Shown here: positions 10,632 through 19,465 of the stretch, in pieces
How positions within the stretch are numbered: the stretch's first letter is position 1
Layout of the letters: each line of letters begins with the position of its first letter
Assembly (NCBI GenBank): GCA_017610175.1
Contig: JAFCCO010000002.1
Coordinates: 43,319 to 107,318, forward strand
Reading direction: 5' to 3'
Length of the DNA: 64,000 bases
Source: Candidatus Iainarchaeum sp.
GTDB taxonomy: Archaea; Iainarchaeota; Iainarchaeia; Iainarchaeales; GCA-2688035
Program-made: the position numbers and the translations under genes
Notes under the pieces: generated by a model
What the model was told of the DNA's origin: nothing
What the model saw: the letters and a program-made list of their open reading frames with translations, nothing else
Database searches by the model: none

Positions 10632-10703
10632 GGGCCCTTAGTCTAGTGGTAGGACGCATCCTTCGCAAGGATGAGATCCCGGGTTCAATCCCCGGAGGGT
10701 CCA
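10632..10703 (+). tRNA. tRNA-Ala (anticodon CGC) with the G3:U70 identity pair
   Basis: Acceptor GGGCCCT/AGGGTCC, including the G3-U70 wobble; anticodon loop UUCGCAA; T-loop TTCAATC; followed by TTTTT. Confidence 0.85.
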
Positions 10704-10850
10704 TTTTTACCCTTTTTCTGCTTCTAACCTCCTTTTGCAACTTTTTAAAGTTAATTTGCAAAGCAAAGCTTTTTATATTTGAAAACGTTTCTTATATTAA
10801 ATTCACATTGGAATTAGTGTGGTGAAACAAGGAAAAGGAGGTGAAAAGCA

Positions 10851-11552
10851 TTGGTTGAAGCATTTACTGGCGAACAAGTGGTAGATTTAATAGTCGCCCC
10901 ATGGGCAGAGGCTATTACAGCTAGCGTAATCGCTGTTTTGGTTATTGCACTTGCTTTTGTAGTTGGATTCTACGTTAGCAAATACATTGCGCAAATAATC
11001 GAAATGGCTTTGCAGAAAGCCAAAGTGGAAAAGTGGATTGATGACAACAGTCTTGGAACAGCATTGCTTGGTTTCAGGTTAACCCAGATTATTGTTGTTT
11101 GGGTAAAAGTTTACATCATCGCTGCCGCTATTGGAACAGGTTTTGCATTGGTTAGCAGTGACCTGCCTATTGTTGCCACGATCAACGGCTTTATTGAGTA
11201 CATGGGAACATTGGCTTCTTCATTGGTCATAATTGTTGGCGCTTTGTTTATTGCAAAGTACATCAGCAACGAGATCAAAAAGGGAGACGTCTTGTTCAGC
11301 ACACAGATCGCTGGAGCCATTCACTTGGCGATAGCTTACTTTGTGGCAGTGTCAACGTTGCCAAATCTGCTTCCGGGACCTGGAGAAGTAATAGCTGATT
11401 TGCTAACTTTCTTCCTACAGGCACTGGTTGTTGGAATAGGTCTGGCAATAGGTTTGGCTTTCGGGCTTGGCCTAAAGGATGTCATTTCAAAGAGCGCTGC
11501 AAAGAATCAGGCAGCAATCGAGAAATACATTGTAAACTTGGGAAAGAAGTAA
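10851..11552 (+). CDS. Integral membrane protein, hypothetical (TTG start)
   Basis: Multiple hydrophobic helices; strong SD GGAGGTG 8 nt upstream of the TTG; BRE/TATA-like aaagcTTTTTATAT about 75 nt upstream. Confidence 0.5.
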   Translation: MVEAFTGEQVVDLIVAPWAEAITASVIAVLVIALAFVVGFYVSKYIAQIIEMALQKAKVEKWIDDNSLGTALLGFRLTQIIVVWVKVYIIAAAIGTGFALVSSDLPIVATINGFIEYMGTLASSLVIIVGALFIAKYISNEIKKGDVLFSTQIAGAIHLAIAYFVAVSTLPNLLPGPGEVIADLLTFFLQALVVGIGLAIGLAFGLGLKDVISKSAAKNQAAIEKYIVNLGKK

Positions 11553-11593
11553 ACCAACTACTTTCCCCTCCTTTTCTTTTTTTTTTAACGCGT

Positions 11594-12310
11594 TCAGGCT
11601 TCGCCCTCTAATGAGAAATAGATTCTTCTGTTGTTCTTTCCCTTGTTTTTCATTCCCTCAATCTTAATCTTTCCAACTTCATCAGTATTCCTAACGTGGG
11701 TTCCACCATCAGCGGTTATATCAACTCCGCCAATGTCCACAATCCTAAGCACTTCAACAGCCTTTGGAAGCTTGTCCTTTAGCCTAATAATTCCCGGAAT
11801 CTTAAACGCCTCTTCCCTTGGCAAAAACTTCACTTCAATCGGAAGATTTCTTGCAAGCAGTTCATTCGCTTTCTCCACAAATCCGTTAAGCAATTCACGG
11901 TCGAAATTTTCCACACAAAAGTCCATTCTGCTCTTTTCAACATCCAATTGGTTGCCGCTGATTAGCGCACCGGTTTCGCCAAAAATCACGTTGTGCAAAA
12001 TGTGTGCGGCAGTATGCATTCTCATAAGCTTGTAGCGCCTTTTCCAGTCAAGAACACACAAAACATTGTCTCCCTCTTTTAAGCCCTGCTCGCTGACTTC
12101 ATAGCTTACATCTGTTCCAAAATCCTTGCCAAAAAGCACGTTGAATTCATTCCCCTGCAGGATAATTTTTCCAAAATCAGAGGGTTGCCCTCCCTTCTCA
12201 GGATAGAATGCGCTCTTGTCAAGCACAACAAATTTTGAAGCAGTTACCTTTTCAATTCTGGCTCTCCACTCCCTGATGTAGGAGTTTTTCATCCAGAGTT
12301 TTTCAGTCAT
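11594..12310 (-). CDS. alaX: Alanyl-tRNA editing protein AlaX (AlaRS second-additional-domain homolog)
   Basis: HxxxH zinc motif (HTAAHILHNV) and GGTHV motif; 238 aa. Confidence 0.85.
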   Translation of the reverse strand: MTEKLWMKNSYIREWRARIEKVTASKFVVLDKSAFYPEKGGQPSDFGKIILQGNEFNVLFGKDFGTDVSYEVSEQGLKEGDNVLCVLDWKRRYKLMRMHTAAHILHNVIFGETGALISGNQLDVEKSRMDFCVENFDRELLNGFVEKANELLARNLPIEVKFLPREEAFKIPGIIRLKDKLPKAVEVLRIVDIGGVDITADGGTHVRNTDEVGKIKIEGMKNKGKNNRRIYFSLEGEA

Positions 12311-13403
12311 TTTGCTTTCCCGAAACTTCGTTGACGGCTTTTACAAACAGACCGGCACTCCATGCATAAAAAGGTTCCGACTTAAGCAGCAGTGAATTAA
12401 TCGGTTTTCCCTCAAAGAAAACCTCGTGCACAGAGCCGTTTCCATTAATCACCTGCGCAATTCTCTTAAGTTCCTGCTTCGGCTCTTTCTTCAGTCCAAT
12501 TTTCTTCATTGCAATCGCATTCAGTGAGCCCAGCCACAGCCAGCTGCTTGTGTTGTGGTAGTGGTATGCATCAAGTGGAAACAGCCCGGGCGGAATTCTC
12601 CAAAAAGGGTATGCCGGGTAGTTTGCCTGAAGAGGCACCTTGCTTAGTTGGTGCTGCTTTATTTTGTTCTGGATCATTTGCCCCTGCTCTTTGTCGGCAA
12701 TTCCAAAAAGAATTGAAAGCACGTTCCCGTCAGCACAAAAGTTGTCGTGCCTTGTCAAATCAATCCAGTCCGCGTAATAATTTCCCTGCCAGAACTTGCT
12801 GTTTATCTGCTGCTTAACCCTTTCTGCAAGCCTTGAGTGCTCCTCCGCAACCTTGTCAAGCTTCATTAACTCGGCAAGCTCTGCAAAATCCTTCAGTGCC
12901 TTGTAGTAAAGGCAGTTTGAGTAAAGAACTTTTCCGCTTTTCAGCACGGTTTCCTGCCAGCCGGCAAAAAAGGGCTCCTCCAAAAGCAGGTCCCGATCAA
13001 AGTCCCTGCGTTTCAGCCAGGTTATTGCCTTTCTTGCGTTCTCAAAATGCTTTTGCACAAACTTTCTGTCCCTTGACTTGTCGTAATAATCCTTTAGTGC
13101 AATTACCGCAAGCGCGTTCCCATCTAGGGGCTCTGAGACAATGTGGTGAAAGTGGGGCTTTAGCTTGTATTCTATCCGGTGTGGGATTAGCCCGTCCCTT
13201 CTCTGCTTTGCAAAAAACAGGTCAAGTGATTTCCAGGAAGCGGTAAATTCGCCCATGCTGTTTGCGCCAAGCGAGGCAAAGAAAGAGTTTCTTGCCTTGT
13301 AATAGTTCATTTTGCCCCTGCCGGCAAGAATGCCGTGTTCGGCAAAACAATTGTGTAAATCCCTTAATGCAATGTTAAAAGCTTCCTTAACCTCTGGATG
13401 CAT
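12303..13403 (-). CDS. Six-hairpin glycoside-hydrolase-like protein (GDE/GH63-like); function uncertain
   Basis: Aromatic-rich (alpha/alpha)6-barrel-like sequence (FFAGWQE, WLWLGS); family assigned by general resemblance only. Confidence 0.45.
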   Translation of the reverse strand: MHPEVKEAFNIALRDLHNCFAEHGILAGRGKMNYYKARNSFFASLGANSMGEFTASWKSLDLFFAKQRRDGLIPHRIEYKLKPHFHHIVSEPLDGNALAVIALKDYYDKSRDRKFVQKHFENARKAITWLKRRDFDRDLLLEEPFFAGWQETVLKSGKVLYSNCLYYKALKDFAELAELMKLDKVAEEHSRLAERVKQQINSKFWQGNYYADWIDLTRHDNFCADGNVLSILFGIADKEQGQMIQNKIKQHQLSKVPLQANYPAYPFWRIPPGLFPLDAYHYHNTSSWLWLGSLNAIAMKKIGLKKEPKQELKRIAQVINGNGSVHEVFFEGKPINSLLLKSEPFYAWSAGLFVKAVNEVSGKQND

Positions 13404-13408
13404 TACTA

Positions 13409-13432
13409 TTTATTTGTTTTTAAACAAATAAA
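13409..13432. promoter_or_regulatory. 24-bp near-perfect palindrome TTTATTTGTTTTTAAACAAATAAA in the divergent promoter region
   Basis: TTTATTTG and CAAATAAA are exact reverse complements; lies between the minus-strand ATG at 13403 and the plus-strand nnrD. Confidence 0.4.
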
Positions 13433-13478
13433 ACCATATGCTTTTGATGAGGCTTTTTCTAAAAAAGGCGGTTTTTGC

Positions 13479-14273
13479 TTGAATTGCATAAAAGTCACAA
13501 AATCGGTGTTCAAAAAGCTTTCTTTCCCAAAACCAAAGAGCCGAAAATACCAAAACGGCCTTGTTCTGGTTATTGCAGGAGGCAAGCAATACCACGGAAG
13601 CCTTGTTTTTGCGGCCAAGGCAGCGGCCCGCATTGCAGACCTTGTTTTTATTTCCACAACCAAAAACAACTTTCAGATTGTGAAAAAATACTCCCCCACA
13701 TTCATAGTCCACTCCCTTGCATCAGTCCGCAAGCTTGCCCGCAAGGCGGACTCAATCCTCATAGGTCCCGGAATTGAGGAAAGCAGGCGCATGAAAAAGC
13801 TTGTGAACGAGATAGTTTCCTCAAACAAGGACAAGGCAATTGTAATCGATGCCACCGCAATTTATCTTCTCAATCCAGGCAGGCTTCACTCCAACTGCGT
13901 TGTTACACCGCACGCACGTGAATTTGAGTCCCTTTTTGGGACGCCCCCCACAAAAGAGAACGTTGTTCGCGCAGCAAGGGAACACAACTGCATTGTCTGC
14001 CTCAAGGGAGCGGTTGATTTTATTTCCAACGGAAAAAAGCTTTACTGCAATTACACCGGAAACGAGGGCATGACAAAGGGTGGAACAGGTGATGTGCTTG
14101 CAGGCTTGCTTGCAGCGTTCGCAGCCAAAAGCCCCCTGCTTGAGTCGGCGCTTGCGGCACACTACCTCAACGGCTTTGCAGGCGATCTGCTTAAAAAAGA
14201 GCGCGGCCTGATGTTTGATGCTGAGGATTTGATGGAAAAGGTTCCGCTTGCTTTGAAAAATTTAGGTAGATAG
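13479..14273 (+). CDS. nnrD: ADP-dependent NAD(P)H-hydrate dehydratase (YjeF C-terminal / carbohydrate-kinase fold)
   Basis: GLVLVIAGG...HGS, GPG, TPH..EF, and GGTGDVLAG motifs. The start is uncertain: the in-frame ATG at 13398 would overlap the divergent gene, so TTG 13479 is proposed. Confidence 0.75.
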   Translation: MNCIKVTKSVFKKLSFPKPKSRKYQNGLVLVIAGGKQYHGSLVFAAKAAARIADLVFISTTKNNFQIVKKYSPTFIVHSLASVRKLARKADSILIGPGIEESRRMKKLVNEIVSSNKDKAIVIDATAIYLLNPGRLHSNCVVTPHAREFESLFGTPPTKENVVRAAREHNCIVCLKGAVDFISNGKKLYCNYTGNEGMTKGGTGDVLAGLLAAFAAKSPLLESALAAHYLNGFAGDLLKKERGLMFDAEDLMEKVPLALKNLGR

Positions 14274-14528
14274 GTTTTTATTGATTAAAACACTTGTGGC
14301 GAATGCGCATTTGCACCTGTTCCAAACGGCGCTACATGCGGCTATGGGATGGTGTGCATCAATGCCGAGTGTGTTGAAATAGAGAAAGTGGTTGTTTCAC
14401 AGCCAGAGGATTTTACTCTAATTTATGTGGCTATCGCAGTGCTTGTTGTTTTGGTAGCTACCGCGTATTATTACAAAAGAATGTAATTACCCCCGCTCAA
14501 TATAGTTAAAAGTGCAACAAAAGACAAC

Positions 14529-14861
14529 TTAGCTTTTAATTACCGTGCAAACTTTTTCAATTACCTGTTTTGTTTTATTTTTTTTCAAGGAACCGATTTT
14601 GTAATTAATGATTGAATTGTCTGCCGTGAAAATTTTGTTTGGCCTTATATTGCTGTCTTGTTTCAATGTTCCTTTCTTGAATTCTTTTTCAGAGAGTTGA
14701 ATGCAATAATTGTCGCTTGTGTTCCTACTTGTAATTTGGCAGAGAATTAGGTCGTCTCCCTGCAAATTTGTTAAGACCATAGCAGGTCTTCTCTTTGCCT
14801 TGCTTAAATCGGAGAAAGGAAATGGAATTACTACAATGTCTCCCTTTACAAATTTTTCCAT
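14529..14861 (-). CDS. mazF: Type II toxin, PemK/MazF-family endoribonuclease
   Basis: N-terminal GDIVVIPFPFSDLSKAKRRPAMVL, characteristic of PemK/MazF. Confidence 0.8.
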   Translation of the reverse strand: MEKFVKGDIVVIPFPFSDLSKAKRRPAMVLTNLQGDDLILCQITSRNTSDNYCIQLSEKEFKKGTLKQDSNIRPNKIFTADNSIINYKIGSLKKNKTKQVIEKVCTVIKS

Positions 14862-15091
14862 GATTCTTCCTCTTCTTTTGAAAGCCAGTCCTTTGCCAGG
14901 CTTTTCTCTGAAGCTAGCAATGTGAATGCTTTGTCCTTTAGTAGCGGGTCAAGTTTGCTTAGAGTTGCTTTTCCCTCTTTTTCAATAAGCAGCAACTTGC
15001 TTCCATAGCCTACTCTCATTTCTTCCCTAATCTTCTTTGGCAAAACAACCTGCCCTTTTTTGCTTACGGTTATTATTTCTATTTGAGTCAT
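14846..15091 (-). CDS. mazE: AbrB/MazE-family antitoxin
   Basis: SpoVT/AbrB swapped-hairpin motif ITVSKKGQVVLPKKIRE; overlaps mazF by 16 nt. Confidence 0.7.
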   Translation of the reverse strand: MTQIEIITVSKKGQVVLPKKIREEMRVGYGSKLLLIEKEGKATLSKLDPLLKDKAFTLLASEKSLAKDWLSKEEEESWKNL

Positions 15092-15123
15092 ATTGCTATT
15101 ACTCTTGCAAACAATTTATAAAT

Positions 15124-15139
15124 GTAAGTTTAAACTTAC
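15124..15139. promoter_or_regulatory. Perfect 16-bp palindrome GTAAGTTTAAACTTAC 33-48 nt upstream of the mazE start; candidate antitoxin operator/TATA
   Basis: Read directly from the sequence. Confidence 0.4.
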
Positions 15140-15147
15140 TTGTAAGC

Positions 15148-16950
15148 TCACTCCCACTCGATTGTTGCAGGCGGCTTGTGCGTTATGTCAAAGAGAACCG
15201 AACCGATTCCCTCAATTGCAAGAACATCGCCCGAAATTTCTTTGAGTACGGCCTCTTTCATGGGATAAAAGCGTGCAGTCATTGCCTCCATGCTTTCAAC
15301 AGGCCTGAGAACAATGCTTTCCCCGTCTCCGTTAACGCGCAGCGGAAGCAGAACGGTTGGGAACTGCCAGATTTCCTTCATCAAATCGTGCTCTGCAATT
15401 TTCTCCATTGCAATTGCGTCAGCCTCTCTCAAAAGTTCAATTCTTCCCCTGTTTAGGTCTGCTGCAAGCAGTTCAACAGATTCAATTTGGGGCGGTGCAA
15501 CAAGCTTTAGCACACGGTTGATTTCCCTGATTTCGTTGGTTATTTTGGTGCTTGCTTTTTCAAGCACTCCCCAGTCACTTTCCCCGCCGACCAAAACGCA
15601 TGGGTGGGCATAAGTTCTTGCGTCACCCTGCACTCCAACGCTCTTAATGGGTAGAATTTTAACTCCTAAATCAAATTCTTTTGCAATTTTACCCGCTTTT
15701 GCCTCAATTTCTTCAAGAGAATTCTCTTTTCCGTCAGAGCAAAGGCACCTTATTGCAAGTCCCGGTCCGGGAAAAGGATGTCTCCAAACCATTTCGTGCG
15801 GCAAGCCAAGCTCCTCTCCGAGCTCGCGCACCTCGTCCTTGTATAGCTGGTCAAGCGGCTCGACAACAAGCCCTTGCTCAATTAGTTCCACTATTGAGTC
15901 AACCCTGTTGTGGTGTGTTTTGATTTTTGCGGCGTGCTTTGTTCCTGCGGTTTCAATTGTGTCGGGGTAAATCGTGCCCTGCCCAAGCAGCCACTCCTCC
16001 GGGTCGAGTTCAAGCTTTCTCAATTCCCTGTTCTGAATTTCAATAAACTTTTCCCCAATAATTTTTCTCTTGCTCTCAGGCTCTAGTTCCCCCTTCACAC
16101 CCTCAAAAAAATCTTCGCCCGCATTTACAACGTGGAAATTTCCAAACCCGAGCTTTTCAAGTTCCCGCTCAACGTTTTCACTTTCGTCTTTTCTCATAAA
16201 TCCTGTGTCAACGTGCAGGGCATAAATCTTTTCGCTTCCAAGCGCCTTGTGCAGGAGAGCGAGCGCAACCGTGCTGTCAACCCCGCCAGAGGCGAGAAGG
16301 AAAACGTTCTTCTTGCCCACCTGTTTCTTTATTTCCCCACACTTTTGTGCGATGTAATTCTTTGTTGTCCAGTCCTGTTTGCATCCGCAAACTCCTTTCA
16401 CAAAATTTTCAAGCATTTTCAATCCGTTGGGTGTGTGCGTTACCTCCGGGTGGAATTGGAATCCAAAAAAGTTTCGTGAAAAGTTCGCCACCGCCGCATT
16501 TTTGCAGTCCGGAGTGCTTGCAATTACCTCAAACCCTTTTCCCAACCCCCCAACCTTGTCGCCATGCGACATCCACACTGTTTCTTTTTCCTCAAGCCCT
16601 TCAAACATTTTGTTTTCCTTTGAAACCTCTATCTCGGCAAGCCCGTACTCACGAACATTTCCCTGCTCCACCTTCCCGCCAGTCTGCTGTGCCATCAACT
16701 GGTGTCCATAACAGAGACCAAGAATTGGAATTCCAAGCGAAAAGATTTCTGGGTTGAATGGCGGCGCGTCTTTCTCATACACTGAGCTTGGTCCACCGCT
16801 TAAAATTATTCCTTTTGCCTTTCTGAGTTTTTCTGTTGGGGCGTCTGGCTCAAGAATTTCGGAAAAAACGTGAAGTTGCCTGACCCTTCTTGCAATCAGA
16901 TGCGCATACTGCGCACCAAAGTCAAGCACTATAATCTTGTTTTCTTCCAT
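15148..16950 (-). CDS. guaA: GMP synthase (glutamine-hydrolysing), fused GATase plus ATP-pyrophosphatase
   Basis: N-terminus KIIVLDFGAQY; SGGVDS PP-loop; C-terminus ...HKPPATIEWE, near-identical to the E. coli GuaA C-terminus. The ORF-track N-terminal extension to 17127 is rejected; start taken at MEENK. Confidence 0.9.
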   Translation of the reverse strand: MEENKIIVLDFGAQYAHLIARRVRQLHVFSEILEPDAPTEKLRKAKGIILSGGPSSVYEKDAPPFNPEIFSLGIPILGLCYGHQLMAQQTGGKVEQGNVREYGLAEIEVSKENKMFEGLEEKETVWMSHGDKVGGLGKGFEVIASTPDCKNAAVANFSRNFFGFQFHPEVTHTPNGLKMLENFVKGVCGCKQDWTTKNYIAQKCGEIKKQVGKKNVFLLASGGVDSTVALALLHKALGSEKIYALHVDTGFMRKDESENVERELEKLGFGNFHVVNAGEDFFEGVKGELEPESKRKIIGEKFIEIQNRELRKLELDPEEWLLGQGTIYPDTIETAGTKHAAKIKTHHNRVDSIVELIEQGLVVEPLDQLYKDEVRELGEELGLPHEMVWRHPFPGPGLAIRCLCSDGKENSLEEIEAKAGKIAKEFDLGVKILPIKSVGVQGDARTYAHPCVLVGGESDWGVLEKASTKITNEIREINRVLKLVAPPQIESVELLAADLNRGRIELLREADAIAMEKIAEHDLMKEIWQFPTVLLPLRVNGDGESIVLRPVESMEAMTARFYPMKEAVLKEISGDVLAIEGIGSVLFDITHKPPATIEWE

Positions 16951-16989
16951 AAAATAATCATAATGGAAAGGTTTTAATATCTCTTCCGC

Positions 16990-17610
16990 GTGAATTATTT
17001 CATGAAACCAAGAGTTAGAAGAGTTGTTAAGAAAGGGCCTGCAAAGCGCAGGGTTCCGAGAAAGGCAAAGCCCAAGGCGGGGGCTGCAAAGGCTCCAAGA
17101 GTTAAGGGTTTGAAGAATCTTACCCACATGCTTTCAATGTTTGTGGGAAGTAAGGGTCTTCACGCGGCCTACAAGGACCCCAAAAAGGGATGGGTTATCA
17201 GGCCAAGAGCGAAGGGCATTGTGCTGGCTCCTGTTAAATTTTTGGCGGAAAGGCGAACAATGCTTGACCAGATGATTAAGGAAGGGCAGCAGCTTCAGGT
17301 TCCAAAGAATGCTGAAAGGGCAATTCTTAATGCGTTGAGGGGAAGAAGCCTCTCCAAAACAGAGGCCGGGACGGCTTCCGCTGCTCAGGGGCGGCTTAAA
17401 GTGGTTGAAACACGTGATATTTATTTTGATAAGCGTATTCCGCAGGTTTTTGGAGAGGGAAAAAGGGCAAAAGCAGCCCTTGTGGAACTGTATAAGGATG
17501 CCAGGCAGCAGCTTAGGGGCTTGCATGGCAAGATTAACCAGGTTGAGTATAATTTCAGGCTTGAGCTTCTTCGCCAGGCCGCGAGCAAGCTTCGCAAAGT
17601 CAATTTCTGA
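16990..17610 (+). CDS. Hypothetical protein with a lysine/arginine-rich N-terminal tail
   Basis: KPRVRRVVKKGPAKRRVPRKAKPKAGAAKAPRVKG; no recognised domain; only 39 bp separates it from the divergent guaA start. Confidence 0.4.
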   Translation: MNYFMKPRVRRVVKKGPAKRRVPRKAKPKAGAAKAPRVKGLKNLTHMLSMFVGSKGLHAAYKDPKKGWVIRPRAKGIVLAPVKFLAERRTMLDQMIKEGQQLQVPKNAERAILNALRGRSLSKTEAGTASAAQGRLKVVETRDIYFDKRIPQVFGEGKRAKAALVELYKDARQQLRGLHGKINQVEYNFRLELLRQAASKLRKVNF

Positions 17611-17690
17611 ACTTTTTTGCTTAGCCCCGCGCTTCCGGAAAAACTATTTAAAGAACTTTGGTGCTATATTAGTGCGTGTTGGGAGTTAAG

Positions 17691-17730
17691 GAGGTAGGCC
17701 ATATCACAATGTGATTCCCTGGCTTACCTC
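17691..17730. terminator. 11-bp stem / 18-nt loop hairpin (GAGGTAGGCCA...TGGCTTACCTC) between convergent genes; the loop is itself palindromic (ATCACAATGTGAT); followed by T-rich sequence
   Basis: Read directly; candidate bidirectional terminator or structured RNA. Confidence 0.35.
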
Positions 17731-17779
17731 TCTTACGATTATCCTCTTCTTTTAGAGCCTTTTTATTGCAAAAATAGCC

Positions 17780-19297
17780 TTATTTCATTGCAGTGCTGTT
17801 AAGCATCTTTTCAGTTGCCTTTACTGCGGCCATTACCTGGTCTGAGTCGACCCCGATTGTTTTGAAAACGGTTCCGTTCTTTTTCCAAACAATGGTTGTC
17901 TCAACAAGCGCGTCAGTCTTTCCGCCCGGTGGAATCCTCACCTCATAGTCAGTCAGCTGTGGCAGGCTTAAGCCCATTTTCTTTGCGGCAGGAGTTAATG
18001 CATTCATGAATGCGTCATACCCTCCGTCCCCAACCCCGCTGGTTTCAACCGTGTCTCCGTTTGATTTAAGTGTGAATGAGGCAGTTGGGGTTATTCCCTT
18101 TCCGCTTGTTACCACACAGTTAATTATTTTGATGCGCTGTGTTTCAGGGGTTTGCAGAACGTCCGAAACAATGTAGGGAAGGTCCTCGGGAGTTATTTTT
18201 TCCTTCATGTCCCCGAGCTTTACGATTCTTTCAAGAACCGCTTTTCTTTGCTCTGCAGTCAATTCAATCCCAAGCTTTTTCAGGTTCATTTCAAGCGATG
18301 CCTTTCCCGAAAGCTTTCCCAAAGCGTACTCGCGTTCCCGCCCAAATCTTTTTGGGAGTAATTTGTTTGCGTAAAGGTTTCCTTTCTTGTCCCCGTCTGC
18401 GTGGATTCCCGCTGTTTGCGTGAACGTATTTTCACCCGAAATCGGCTTGTTTTCTGCCAGCCTTTTTCCTGAAAATGTTTCAGCTATCTTGCTTGCCATG
18501 TATATTTTCTCTTCCGCAACCCTTGTTTCAAATTGAGTGTGGTCCTTTATTGCGGCGGCAACCTCGTCAAGCGGTGCATTCCCGCATCTTTCCCCCAGCC
18601 CGTTTAGCGTAACGTGCATGCCTGAGCAGCCGGCCTCTGTTGCCGCAAGTGTGTTTGCCACAGCAAGCCCGTAATCATTGTGTGCGTGGAAGTCAAATTT
18701 CATTTCAGGGAATTCTTTAAGCATTTCCCCCACAAACTGCGCCGTTTTTGTTGGGGAAAAAACCCCCAGCGTGTCAGGGAGAAGAACTCGTTCTATTGGA
18801 AGCTCTGAAAGCAGTTTGGTGAATTCAAGCACGTATTCCTTGCTTTCCTGAATTCCGTTGCTCCAGTCCTCGAGGTAAACATTTACATTAAAGCCCTGCT
18901 TTTTTGCGTACTCAATTGTTTTTTTCGCATCCTCAAAGTGCTGTTCCTTGCTTTTGCCAAGCTGCTGTGTGCAGTGCTTTAAGCTTCCTTTTGCAAGCAG
19001 GTTAATTGTTTTTCCACCCGCCCTTTTAATCCAGTTAACCGATTCCTCAAAGTCCACAAAGCCAAGCACTTCAACCCTTTCAAGAAGCCCTTCTTTTTTT
19101 GCCCAGGCCGTTATTTTTTTAACCGCTTCAAGTTCGCCCTCTGAAACCCTTGCATTTGCAACCTCTATCCTGTCAACTTTCAGCTCGCTTAGGAGCATTT
19201 TTGCAAGCCCAAGCTTTTCCTCGGGTGAGAATGCGACGTTTTGGGTTTGTTCCCCGTCGCGCAGCGTAGTGTCCATTATTTCAACGGTTTTGCTCAT
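17780..19297 (-). CDS. cimA: (R)-citramalate synthase / 2-isopropylmalate synthase family protein
   Basis: DTTLRDGEQ, HAHND...G, and a C-terminal LeuA_dimer-like domain; start taken at MSKTVEIMDTT. Confidence 0.85.
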   Translation of the reverse strand: MSKTVEIMDTTLRDGEQTQNVAFSPEEKLGLAKMLLSELKVDRIEVANARVSEGELEAVKKITAWAKKEGLLERVEVLGFVDFEESVNWIKRAGGKTINLLAKGSLKHCTQQLGKSKEQHFEDAKKTIEYAKKQGFNVNVYLEDWSNGIQESKEYVLEFTKLLSELPIERVLLPDTLGVFSPTKTAQFVGEMLKEFPEMKFDFHAHNDYGLAVANTLAATEAGCSGMHVTLNGLGERCGNAPLDEVAAAIKDHTQFETRVAEEKIYMASKIAETFSGKRLAENKPISGENTFTQTAGIHADGDKKGNLYANKLLPKRFGREREYALGKLSGKASLEMNLKKLGIELTAEQRKAVLERIVKLGDMKEKITPEDLPYIVSDVLQTPETQRIKIINCVVTSGKGITPTASFTLKSNGDTVETSGVGDGGYDAFMNALTPAAKKMGLSLPQLTDYEVRIPPGGKTDALVETTIVWKKNGTVFKTIGVDSDQVMAAVKATEKMLNSTAMK

Positions 19298-19465
19298 GCG
19301 GATGCCCCCTTTGGAAATACTGGTTTGGTGGCTAAACAATTCAAGAAACAGTTATTGCGGAAGAATCCGTAAATCCCTTCTGTTTGCCATAATAATCTTT
19401 TAGTTGCCCTGTTTTTTTAAAGCTTTGCACAGGGGCGTGGTCATTTCCTTTTTAGGTTCGGGGCA

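Noticed and set aside
16951-17127. The N-terminal 59-codon extension of the guaA ORF (MGKILQTLNSW...).
   Set aside because: GMP synthase homologs begin at the MEENKIIVLDFG region. The extension has no homolog support and would eliminate the intergenic promoter.
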